64,000 nt of DNA from Balanoglossus misakiensis (lineage: Eukaryota; Animalia; Hemichordata): positions 10,069,846 through 10,133,845 of the forward strand of contig CM082577.2 in assembly GCA_040954595.2 (NCBI GenBank). The letters are read 5' to 3'. The position numbers and the translations under genes were made by a program. Shown here one piece after another: positions 13,731-26,809 of the stretch. The notes under the pieces were generated by a model. That model had not been told where the DNA came from. It saw only the letters and a program-made list of their open reading frames with translations, and made no database searches. Numbering within the stretch: the first letter of the stretch is position 1; the number at the start of each line of letters is the position of its first letter.

Positions 13731-16700
13731 CCTTTGATGAGCCCATGAAGTGCTGAAAACCTTTCATTGCCACAAGAATGCAAGTAACAGCAAGACAAAG
13801 CAATTCACTCGCAGATATACATGTACATGTAATGTCTTCTGCATTTGCTTATTATTTAGCTACGGTACCGTAGAACAGTCACATTGCCTAGTTACCGAAA
13901 GGTGTATACCTTTAAGCTTCACCTTTCTTGGCTTACATTCTAATATGGTCCAGGCAGTACAATTAGCGTACTGTCAAGCTCGACTGACATACATGACCGC
14001 TGCGGACAGTTCCCAGAATGTACAATGCATATTGGCAAGTCTAAGTTAAGGTCTAAAATAACAAGTTACGCGACGTGCTGCACAATGGCGAAACAAAACG
14101 CACACAACTATTTTTTTGTTTCCCAGTGCTTTTCGGATCTGGTTACTAAGAAGGACAAAGGAGATATAAGAATATCAAATATCAGGGAATTAGTTGGGCA
14201 CTGACAGCTATAAGCCGGCGAACGGCTTTCACGCCCCGACGGGTTTAGGGATTGCTTCGAAACATTGACAGTCAAGAAACCGGAATCCCCCGATTGAGGG
14301 GACGGTAATAAGCTTGGATTCGTGGGACTGTGAATCGTTTCTGTGACAGGTACTCTTTGAGCCGGTCTCCTTGGATTTGCGTTCTGCGGTCGCCGTAAAG
14401 AACTTGTCACTAAATGTCAATATCGCTGGGTGGGGTTGGGTTGGGTTGGGAGAATCGGCATAAAGCGATAACTGTCGTCTTTTACAAAATTAAGTGATTT
14501 ATCCTCGGAAGACGACGCGAATCACCGGACACCGAGACTAGACATTGCAACGCCGTTGAAAACAACACAAATCGCAAGGGACGGGGTTCAAAATGCGAGA
14601 ACCTTGACGTTTCATCTGCTGAACCCCATTAGCAGTCGCCTTCTTTCAACCTTTCACTGAGAATTTATCTGTTTTCCTGACAAATCGTGCTCACGCACAA
14701 GCCGCATGGCCCACATTTAATTCAAGTTCAGTACGCAATTCGTCTTCAGCTGCCCCGCAAAATTTCATTCCTATCCGGAATAAAGGCAATGAAAATCGGT
14801 TGCACAATTCTACCTATATACATGAAGTATGATCAATACAAGGTGTGAACTCGCCCGCATGGTGTGCTAAAGTCCTCACGCTCACAACGTCAACGTTAGC
14901 TGTGTGACACATGGGTAAAAAATGCTGACTCGGCATTTTTCTCCAACTGTCGACTAAATTCGCGGCCTTGTATTTCGAAAACAAGCACGGTGACCCCTAA
15001 ATTTTATTACGGGTTTTCATTATACATGCAAATGAAAAACCAAAAATCCGCAATTAAAAGAAATGACGATTCTTTCCATTACACTGATCGCACACCTTTA
15101 CTAAAGAAACTTGATGATCAGAACCGTCGTGTCCTATACTTGTAGTACGTATATACCGCGAGATTTCTTCGATCTACGGCATTATTTCGTGTGCTAGAGG
15201 GAAATTGGCATTACGATCACAGCTCGTTAAGCACGCTGGGCGTGATGAAAGCGCGGCCAAGGTTCAAGGAATCAGCAGATTCCTTTCATGAAGCGAAAAT
15301 AGCTCGAGTAACGTCAGGAGAGTGAAAGTCGTCGAACGGTGCATGTTAGACGTCAAAACCTTGGTACTAATTCAGTTCTTGATATGTTGTTTTGCGAGAG
15401 ATTCGTCATGTCAGTTTAATTTATAAATTGGTCCACAAAGCGACATTGGACGGTTTGTCTTCGAGATAAACGTTCCGATAGCCTCCTGTAACAAGTAACA
15501 TATACGATGAGCCATCTCTTAATTAGGAAATTACCCAAGTCGAACTCCGTGAAATAACTGCCGCTTCCTCAAAATTTCGCCATTCCCTCTTTAGGGTGAA
15601 TGTATTTTGCAGGAGACAGTTCCTCGTTAACTTCAATTTGCCGCTGTTTTTTCGAGACCGACATGAAACCAAGCACCGCTTGGAACGGAGGGCAGATATC
15701 GTCGTTCAAATTGTTCCCGGACTCATTGTGTCGTTATGTCTGCAGATGCCACGCGTTTCAAGAAGGAGACATGTATCGACAATGCCGGGAACGGCTGGAT
15801 AGATTTTCAACCAGTGAGACGAACACAGTTTTATAATAAAAAGCATTTATGTACATACATGTATTGTATAGCGCTGTCGTCAGCGCGCTGTCTGATGGAA
15901 AAGTGACATCCGACTCACAACTTGCCTTCAGTGATCGAAGCTTCACTACAACGGAAGTAAGTATATACGGCGATTGTGTTACGTATCTGCGTTATCTTAT
16001 TTGAATGAGTTTCGCGAGGGCTTGCTGCGTTCCACATAGTCTCTGTCCGTCGATACAATCAAGAGGTCGTCTCAACTGCCTCTGGCTCAAGGGTTAGACT
16101 GCGTGATCTCTTGTACTTTCAGAAGAAGAAAAACAATCTTTCAGAAATATGGCTCTTTTGCGTCGACCGTGCCTGAAGACTTAACATTGTAATTTCCGAC
16201 GCAACGATTTGAGTCGGTTGATTGGAGTAAATCGTTCATTTAATTGTAGCTTTTGAATTTTTTGTTTGTCGATGCATTTTACCCGGAGTCAGCGTCAAGG
16301 TTATGAGTCGAAGTGGCATTTTTCCCTTCAGCGAAGTAAATGTGTTAGCGCCGTTGCACTCTTGATTAAAACGCAGTATTTGAAGAAAAAAGTACATGTA
16401 AAAACATATCATGATTCACGGCTTACGGCGACAGTTGATTGTTTTGAAGGTCTACACATGAAGCACATCAGCGTGAGATTAGACATTAAAGAAAACACTC
16501 GCCTATCTGATCGCTCCTCTACCAGACTTCTTCAAAAACCCTTAAAATGTAGGAAGAGGTGGTTCTCGCACACTAAGTGGCAAGCGTTGCACAATTCACA
16601 CCCACGGGAGATGATATTCGATGGGAGAATGTTTTTTTTTCTTCGTAAGTCGGGTAATGGAAAAGGGTTCATTAAACCGTTGCTGTGGCTAAATTTGTGA

Positions 16701-18143
16701 ACCACCCCGAGCCGTCTTCTGACTGCAAGTCCACGTCAGGTAGTCCCGGCGGGCAACGAAATGTGTTGTAAGTAATAATTATATGTTTCGTTGCTTTCTC
16801 TGTTGCGGTGCGTATCTCCATATTCTTTTGCATATGTCTCTAACGCCACCGAAGAACACATTCTCTCGTCCCCGGCGTTACCCTTCAGTTGCCTGCAGAA
16901 TACGACCCCGCCTGCCTTGGAATACCCTCGAAAAGGGACAATTACACATTCGTGCGAAGTACATGTAATCGACGTGAATTTGCGTCTTACTGTTGTTTAA
17001 AGCATTCACCTACCAGACGCACACGTTACAACTGTAACGTAACGGCTGGAGATGTGAGACATCTAGATTTCACGCCATCGCCACGCGTACTATCTTTTGG
17101 GGAAAATTTGCTGGCCCCCTCCCGCGATAGACCCAACACGAGGTGTACTGGCACACAGTTGTAACTGTGTAATCGCTGAAATTGTCCGACACTCACCTTC
17201 TTTTTCTTCTAAACGCGGTTGGTGCATCAGCAGCGAGGTTTGGAGACTGCTTGCTCCATCAGAAGAAAAAGGCGGGTCTCGTCTAACAGTATAATTTGTG
17301 GATACAACCTATGGTCGCGAGTAACCGTCTTGTGTAGCTCACACCTAGATACAAGTAAGAAAGGGAAGGAGGAGAGAGAGAGAGAAATTAGAATATTTTC
17401 TATAGCAAACTCACGACTCTCTGGTGTTGCACGATGTATGGGCAAACGCTGATAAGGTATCAGTAACACAGCATACCTCGAGTTACCTGCTTGGAGATCT
17501 GCAGAAATTCTCTGGTGTGTCTGACTCCAGACTTGGTATTTATATGATCCAGTAAACATCGTCCTCCTGTAGATCACACTATGCGCGTGCGCACACCGAA
17601 GCTAATATCAAGACAAGCCGCTTTGTGTAATGCACGAATCCAATATTAATTAGGTAGGCCTACAGTAGCCCTATAATATGTAGAAAACACTTCCTGTTAT
17701 CATCTTCGTTTTTTTTCCTTTGGATTTTGAATACAATTATGGCATGTATGAATACTTTATCACGGTACTTATGAACTTGCCTACCTTTACCCAGAAATGA
17801 CGCTGTGACTCGACAAGTGGTCTTATAGGAGTTGGTATACCCCATTGATATGCACCGTGCGTTAAATACATAACATTTGCATTCATCAATTCACACCTCA
17901 AAATACGCCCTCACAAGTAAGCTTTTGCCTGTCAGAATTGAGTCCCGTTCGAAATATAACTGCTGTTGTTTTTTCGTTCTCGTCTATTAAATGTTATGAT
18001 TAATAAATGTTTAGTATTTTCATATTTTATTATTACCATGTTTATGTTGGTATTTGATATGTCATATATGTCCCCTCTCTGCTTTTTTTTAAAGTCAAAG
18101 ACGTCCACGTACCTTTCTTTCACGGATTTGACTACATTGTAAT

Positions 18144-18292
18144 GTTTGTCTGTCTGTCTATCTGTCTGTTTGTTTGTTTGTTTGTTTGTTTGTCTTTTTG
18201 TTTATTTGTTTGTTCGTTCGTTCCTTCTTTCTCTCATTTAATTGTGTGTTTGCTTGTTGGTTGTTTGGTTGGTTTGATTGTTCGCTTGCTTG
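18144..18292. repeat. Degenerate (TCTG)/(TTTG)n low-complexity tract
   Basis: tgtctgtcta tctgtctgtt tgtttgtttg... Confidence 0.85.
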
Positions 18293-18429
18293 CTACTTGA
18301 TCTTGTATAAATAATATGTTATGATCTAAAACTCATGGATTGACATGGCTATTGGATTGTTTCTTTCTTTGCAAATACGAAGAAACACAAAGACACCATT
18401 AAAAGATGTTTTAAAGTTTATTAGGCACC

Positions 18430-18965
18430 TTGGGTAGTCCGTTGTGGAGAGGCTATTCAATGTGAGTCGAGTACGTTATAACCTATAGCAATCCTCCTTC
18501 AACAACCTTTTTTTGGAAAAGGATCCGTTGGCGATTCGTCTTTACTTTTTGCGTGAAACGGTTTCTTGGGTTATAGTGATGAGTTGGGATCCGATAGAGC
18601 TATTAGTGTAGTTGAATAAGACCAGAGGTATATCTTTTGTTCTCGCAATACTGGTTGGATAGCAACTCCGTTAAATGGTAAATATCAATGGGGGCTCCTC
18701 GCCAGTGCTATCGGGCATCCAGGTCTGTCTTCTCAGATTTCTGTTTACCCTCAAAGAACTTGAGATTCTCACAGTGAGTATATACCACATCACATGCATA
18801 ATGTAACAAGATCATCTGCCAACTATAAGGTGTCCACGGCATATTTTTCTGGGGCGATCTTGCATTTCGCAGTGTGAGGTAAATTTCAATAACAACTCCC
18901 GTCTTTGGCATTTGTGTATATGCGCGGTATTGGATTTGTTCGGCAATGAAATATATAGGGTATCG
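18430..18965 (-). mobile_element. Possible ancient CR1-type LINE reverse-transcriptase fragment
   Basis: Broken minus-strand frames give LYISLPNKSNTA, DTL/YSWQM, NGVAIQPV, KTNR, KEDCYR..TRLTL. This is the order of the CR1 ORF2 C-terminal half (YINDLP, LD.L..WQM, LNG..L..V, KANR, AY..LVRP.LEY). Confidence 0.35.
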
Positions 18966-21900
18966 AATTTGCCTGACATTAAGATCTAGGGTGTGGGATT
19001 TGCCCGATATTCAGATGTAGGTTATTGGATTATCCTTCCCCGGTTATACATGGGCACAGCCGTGTTCGTCGTCGTAAAACGCTTAAACTCCTTATCGAAA
19101 TAAACGATTAGTCACTGCAGAAAGAGTTAGGACGTTACCATTGGTAATGCCCCATCAATTATAAGCGATGTCACAAACCTCCCGGGGGGTAATAGATTAG
19201 GGGACTGGAGCCTAATGAAAAATTTAGAACGCATGTTTAGTAGAAATATATGCAGCCTTTAATGAACCCAACGTTGTCGGTAGCCTTAAAGGGTAAAACT
19301 ACACACTGTAAGTTGGGATTACGCTTTAGCATATGCTTATACGTTCATTATGTCTGAGAGATTATGAAGGAGCGCAATTAGATCAATTGCTCTGAGAGCA
19401 TTGCTTTGTACGCACCACCAGAGCAACAACCCGCTGCCTTTAATCCTCCCCTGCAGGAACATCAAAAGGGCAATTCCATCTGAGAAAAACCAGAAATAGG
19501 TTCATACGACATGTCCCCGATTCCAGGCATGAACGCAGTATATCGATACACTTACGAATGTCTTCCAGAATTACCTCGTTGCATTTCCCAATAAATTGTT
19601 GAAAATGTCAATGTTAATTGTATACGCACTCTCGTACAGTTTGTTCACACTAAAGATGAGAATTCGACATACAGTTCATAAAATATATATTTTTTGACCC
19701 CTTACATTTCTCACTAATACGCACTATTGTCTGTAAATAGGAGCCTTATCTTGTTGATGTTTTGTTTCTGGTTACTTGGCAACAGGACAAACGCCCAGAC
19801 TTTTGTGTTATGCTATTTTAAGGTTTCATAAAAATACGTTAGTCGAATTTCTCTCTTTGTGGGTTGACTGACTGCCTCTTATTTCAGACTCAACGATATG
19901 TGATGTATGCTTTTATTGACGCCTATACGACGATTCAACATTACAGCAGTGTTCATGATTCTTGCAAGTTAAGTATCGTCTTTTTCACGTTTTCCACGAA
20001 GGGCAACCCAGGGTAAGAAACTGTCGACCTTTTCTCTAGAGGAAAGATGGACCACTTATCTATCATTATTTCACGAATTTGGCATCCAGTTATGGTATAG
20101 CCACACGGTATTTCCCCGGTTATATTGGATTCTCCCAAATCCATAAGAATCCCTTGAATTAAGCATACAACGCTTCATCGCTGATTTGAGGAGGTATACT
20201 ACATTAAAGCGCTCGTCACAATTAACACCGGTAATGTGATCTACAGTCAGAGGTGTTCTGTCAATTTTGATGGCGTTTATCGTGATGAAACCAACGGACT
20301 CAATCAAGTGAAACGAAGAATTACAGAGTATTGCGTGCTTTACTAACAAAATAGTGGGTAATGTTCCATCACAAAGCTTGGAAAACCAATAGATAGGCTG
20401 CCATACACGATGGTAAAAGCCGGTCTTTAAAGTGACGTGACTCACAGTATATATATATATATATAGTTGGTATTGTTATCACGCGCGTCCTGGGACGCAT
20501 TTTGCACTCAGAAAAGTAAACGACAATGGTGCAACGTGTAAATACACTAATGCGGAAGTTGTTAAGGCGCTTATCTTCCTCCATTGACAACAAATTTGTC
20601 CAATTTGCTCGTTCGACACGCAAGCAAACTGGGCCAATTCCTACGGGTAGAAGACTGGCCACGCGCCATTCTTGCAGGGTTACTTTCGTATTCCCTACTG
20701 TGTTCTTCAATTCCTTTGCAACTTCGGGTCAAGCATTTTATTACGCTCATTTATATAATGCTGATAATGTTGAGCAATCAATTCTATATCCAATCGCCTT
20801 CATCGCCACAGCTGAGCTTCACAATTTGACAGATTATGCGGTTTTATGAGTTGTACCTTAAAAGAAATTACTTAATTTTTTTGAAATCATATAATATTCC
20901 GCCATTTCCACCATATACAGCAGATATTCACAACTTGTTTATGTATATTCTGGTTGTAGATTTAATCAACAGCCTACTATAACATTAACGGTAGGGAGGC
21001 AGGGGTCAATATGCTCATATGGTTTGATGCCAATAATTGAAAATCTACAAATTAGCAATATATTGTCACGAAGATCGTCACCGTCTTTCAGCGCAATTAG
21101 ACTCTATTATAAGCTTCCCGTCGTACGTGCGCGAAATCAGCATCTCCAGCAAGTTTCATAAACTCGGCACAGTCATCTTGGAGTTTAGAGTGATAATTCC
21201 GCAATTCTTTAAATAAGCCAATGGATAATAATAAACTTGGTATTTTGAAAGGCTTCAATAGTTTCTCTGTGAAAATCAATCTCCTGTATACCACGTTTCA
21301 TCCAACGTGCTGTGATTTCAGACAGTAAACACGTCGCTCTACTGAATGCATTTGAATGATCAGTTCAGCATCAAGTATACTAAAGTGTTTAAGTCTAAAA
21401 CAAGTAACCCCCTCCCTCCCCACCAACAGCAACTCTCGAATGTTCATACAAAATATTGGCTTTGTTATAAAAACGGCGCCATTAAAACGTTGGTTTCCGC
21501 CGCCGGCCAAAAAGTAACAAGAAAAACGAAAATTGTCCATTTCCCACTTGTTCCATATCGTTACCCCGTCCAGGAAAACACCAAGTCTATCACCGTCATG
21601 CGCCAGATTGTCAATCAGTAAAACAAAATGTATTGCGAACAAAAGACGTTGAGTTATTTGCATTCGCCACAATATGCACGGGTTTAAAAAGGTATAACCT
21701 TGGTTGGTTGAAAGAATCGAAATGGAATCCGGAAAAGTATCTACATCTAGGCCAATTTAGCAAATTTTAAACGAGGCCGTTTTCAATTTAGGTCGATGCT
21801 CGGGAAGTTGAAAGAAAAACATAGCAAACGTTCGTATTGTTACATGCTGAAGGGGAAGAAGGTACTTAACTTTTACAAGCTCTCAATGCAATTTGACCTT

Positions 21901-24900
21901 ACAAATTGACAATGTGTACGATATGGAAATAATCCCAATAAAAACATTTCCCGATGAGTGAATTCGTTCACCGGATATATTTGTAGCAGATTGGCCTTAG
22001 ATGGCGGATATTTGGCATGATTCATGACCATCGATTTAAATCAAAATCCTAACCTCAGTTAACATTGGCGTCAAAAATACTACATTCGTCTCACAATCTT
22101 AATTTTATCAAAAAAGCTGGTTTCAAGCGTTCGAAACATCCCGTACCACACACGCACGATTTATTCTTATTTGAAACTGAAATGACAACGTCACCCAACC
22201 TCCTCCTCCTCCTCCTCCTCCTCAAACAGAATTTTTTGAGGAGTGGAAAGTGTGGATTATTATAACAGTCTGTTTTGATGCAAACTTAAAGTTTTGGTTC
22301 TCTTTTGAGTCCTAAGCTTGCTCTAACGGCTTTCATCCATGCATCTGTGTGTTTCCATGTTGTTCAAACTAAGCATGTTCTTGCGTGATCACGTCAAACA
22401 TGTCACTCGAGTATTTCCGCTATAACCTGGGACTATCACCGATATACACCGATTGAAGACTGATTGATCTGTGCCTGTCCACAACCAAAATACGCTTCCT
22501 TCGAATGATGGTAAGTGCATTCGAGCAAGATTATTGCAATCATCATACCCATCCACACATAAAAAAAATACAAAGCAACTGTGAACCTATACACCGATCT
22601 TCATCAGAGGGGGAGACGTATCTTGTGGATCAACTCGCTCAATTCATGCAGTCATCCCTGAAGCTTCAGTGCTTCTCATATTGAAATGGAGAGATAATTT
22701 TGAGGCTTGCAATCAACCTCGCAGTATGAAGACACTGGTGATTCGCTGTACCCGGCTTTACCACCCCACGAGCACCGTGTATTTTTGGCATGTTAACGAT
22801 TCCTGAACTAGACCTAGAAGCGGACTTTTTAACAAAGGCAATGTTTTTTGCCGTAATGTCAGCGTTTCAGAACACATCATACCCATCTAATAGGATTTGT
22901 TCAAAGGCCCATGTTTGTTTACGTGGGCCGGTTTCTGTAGATATAAATAGTATGCATTCTGTCCGCGCACGGAACCGTGTTTATTGGGAAGGAAATGGAA
23001 AACATGGAGTCAGCTGTGCATAACATAAGCCGCTTTAAGCTTGGTGATTGTTAAATGCTCATGAGCTTCAACTTTTGGGATAATTATCGTGGTTTTTTTC
23101 AAACTGTGCTATCTTTAGCCCATAAAGATGTGTGTCCTAAAGTATCATGAACCCTATAGTACGTTTTAACCAGATAAATAAGAAGTACCTCATCGTTATA
23201 TGCATATTACTTTCCGTTGCAGGGAGGCATGCCTTTGATTTGCGTAAAACACCTCGCATGTCAGTGTTAAGTGCTTTTGGCAACAGTTGTAAATAAGACA
23301 TCTGCGCATTCTTTCCTCGCGGTCGAAAACACCAATTTCTCCGCGAGCGTCACACTTCCCGTTCTGAATATAAAAATACCATTCGCTCAATGAACCCACT
23401 CGGTGGATTAATCAACCGTTCAATTTTGATTACGCGAAACAATTAAAAAGAATATAGGTCAACGCACGGGGCCGAGGGTCATCAGCGGGAATACGCGGTT
23501 ATCAGGAAACAAACACGCAGCGCATGGCATTTTCAAAATGCAGTAGACCTTCAGTTATCAGTCTCAAAAGCACGCTTTCCTTTCTTCACTAACATCACTT
23601 ACGTTCAAAACCGCTGCTATAGTATATCAATGGGCAATAATTACAACGCTGACAGTATGTTTCATACAGAGCAAACGAGTACCTGATAAGGGCCTTGCTA
23701 CTTGTCCAATGACAAGGAAGAGTTACTAAACTATATGGCCGTGAATGAAGTCACACGTACATGTAAGCAAACTTACATGTACATCAGGAAAATGACATTG
23801 ACTTGCAAAGGGTATATTGTCAAATGTCACGTGCTAGTTCTCCTGAAAATCTGGGCCAGGGACGTAGATTATAGTGATGGTCACGTATTCTACTAGCATT
23901 CTCCCGAAACAGAGTGCTGATTACCACTATCAAGATAACCTATCTCTCAGTTCTATAACTTAAAGGCCGCGTGTCGTCTCGTCTGCGGCTGCGGGTATGG
24001 TCCCATACAACGCTATTTATAACCAGAAAAAGTCGCGCCTGCTCAGTTCAGACAACACTCCCCTTTAAGCGTGCGTCACAATTGTTTACACTTGCTCTCT
24101 CCGGAGGGGTTTTGACGTACAAATGGCGTCAGTGTGAGTTCGCCACCGACTCCGTCGATCGTTTAAAAATATCCACCAAGAACAAACCGCGACAATCAGC
24201 AGCAACAGGGGCCGGGGCTGTCACCTTTACCAATGCAATGCTCTGCGTGATCAACTTCACGCCGCAACTTTAAAAACAGGGAAGAGGAAAAGAGAGGAGA
24301 GCGCAAAACGGAAACCGCAACTTTTCTCTGAACTGTTTTTAAAAGGGTTGGTTTATAAGAATACCGGAGTTATTACAGTAACCCACCGTGAGGTAGAAAT
24401 ACTAATACAGGTTGTATCAGCCCCTCGCTAAGCACATCCACGTCGGAGTATTATACCGCATTATTACAATAATGTGATACTGGCATTTGCAAGGAGATTT
24501 TAAAAAAAACCTCTGTATCATTTGCTAAATATGCAGGAAATGTGTGCTTAGCACCATACAACGAACATATCAAATGCATCTCAGGAGCATAAAGCCATAT
24601 TTGTTCATCTCAAAGATCAGGTGTAGTTACATTTTGTTTGACATTTCTCCTCCTGGGCTTAAGTTATGATATTGTTTCCGCTACAGTGGAAATAGAATGT
24701 ATATCCCGAGTCATTGGTCAGGTACCAGTCAGGGGGATGTCATGCCGGAAGACAAACAGATATATCAATTTTCCGGACAGCACCGTAAGCATGAAAGGGG
24801 AGTCCGTACGGTGAAAACTTAACCCGGTCTTTCCTGTATAAACCATATTTGCTTGATAAAGATTGTAAGGTTGTCCGGCTCTTGTTCAGAAGTCATTTTA

Positions 24901-26702
24901 AGTCGCAGTGCAGGCGACATGCCGCGACAAACTGTGGTTAAGTCGATAATGTGTAGTATTAAGGTAATGCAGAGCCTACGGCGACGTGGCCGCGTTTTAC
25001 CTCTTGAACTAGATGCGCACAGCCGCCTGGTTTCCAAGATTTAAGGGACTCGTGATGAACTTGCGGAGTAGTTTGACAATTGCTGTTAAAATGAAATAGA
25101 GCTTGCGTGTGTACATGTATAAGAATCTACGTTCAGATGCATGTAACATTTCGCTATGTGTTGGCATTTCGCGCAAGTAGCCTTGGCTTTATTTGAATCG
25201 CACTTTCTTCTAATGGAAATTGAACAGTTGTACGAATCCTTGTAAGATGACTTGAATGATCCACTACTGTTCAAGTTTTGAACGCATGTCGCATACGCGT
25301 CGGTTTACACGTCGGAGGAACGGGTTGAGGAAAACAAGTCGATTTCTTTTGGATTTTTTTTACAGAAAGGTGGAGTGTTTGATTGACTTGAGTGCTTCGA
25401 GTTTTCTTTTTCAGTCTTTCTTTCGACTGATCTGTACGGTACATGCAGACCATGTTTGACAGCTACCTGCGAGGATCCTCATTTCCGATCTGCGCTTTGA
25501 CATTGTTCGCCGAATCAACATTGGCGCCGGTTGCTATTTTTAAACATCCAGCAAAAGGATTGTCGGTGTGCGCGGGCGTCTAGTTCTTTTCGGGACACTC
25601 TTTTGATGAAAACCACTTTGTATTCTCTGGCCATTGATTTAGGAACTTGTCACAGTTCGTGACGTCATCGCCTGTCAATCAAAACAGTCAGAGAAACCAC
25701 AGGCGAGAGAATACAGAAGGTGTGTGCTGAAATAGCAAGCGGACGTGTCTTGGTTTTTTTCAAAACTTCCTCAGAAATTCCCGATTGTATACTGAGACTC
25801 TCGGTGGCAAAGATAGGATGTAAAAGTGTTACATTTCGGAAACGTTGGCTCTTCCAAGAATCCCTCCAACGTAATCCGCCGTCGATCTTGCATATACAAT
25901 GTAAGTTAGCGCAGCATTTCCGCACCGCAAACTGAACCAAGGCCGTTTGGAGTAGTGTGTCGAGGTTATTACTTACTATGTAGTAATAAAGCTAATTTTC
26001 TTGTACAACTGCCGTCGCGACATAGGCCCTATTGATGCCCGAACATGACCCCCATGCTTTTCGTCTATTTCCACTCAATCTTTAAAGGTTCAAGGTTGCC
26101 GTGACGACGTGTTAATTAGTTTTACGTCAGCGGCGCCGTCGAAGCATCCCCTCGCGTTGTTCCATCAGCACGCACGGCAACTGACCCATGTCCATCAGAT
26201 TGGAAAATGTCATGTCTGCTTATTGGAATAACGACATTCGGGTTGTTTGGCATGGAAATGCCCATGATGCGCACCGAAAACAAATCGTTTAAAAAAACTG
26301 ATGTTGACTTTGATCTCTGCCTGAGGAAAACAGCAATTTATTCAGCTAACATGTGCATTAGGCTTGTGTATGCCCAGTGGGAAGTAACCGTTGTAACTTT
26401 GTGAAATTAGTGCTGTGAGCTAAATTTGCAGACGTGGGCACAGGCCCTCGTAGTATTGATAGGATAGTACATGCGAATTTAATATGTGGAATAATGTGTT
26501 TATGACTTGCCTATTCAATAAAGAGTCATGGTTACATGGTCGTACTCTACATGTACGTCCGTGTGGCTTCGCGAGTTTTGATCGAGTGCATTAAGCAAGC
26601 AAGACAGTAAGCTTGTCTCTTTGGAATGGTTCATTTGGGGTGTGGCAGTGTCCGTGCGCGTGCGCTTAGGAATTTGTTTGAATAAAGAACGAATGTGGGG
26701 AA

Positions 26703-26809
<107 letters not shown>

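Noticed and set aside
19950-21700. Cluster of 60-125 aa ORFs on both strands
   Set aside because: No recognisable motif or consistent exon chain. Possibly decayed transposon sequence, but I cannot support a call.
24770-24790. REST/RE1 half-site GGACAGCACC
   Set aside because: The left half-site is absent, so a chance match is likely
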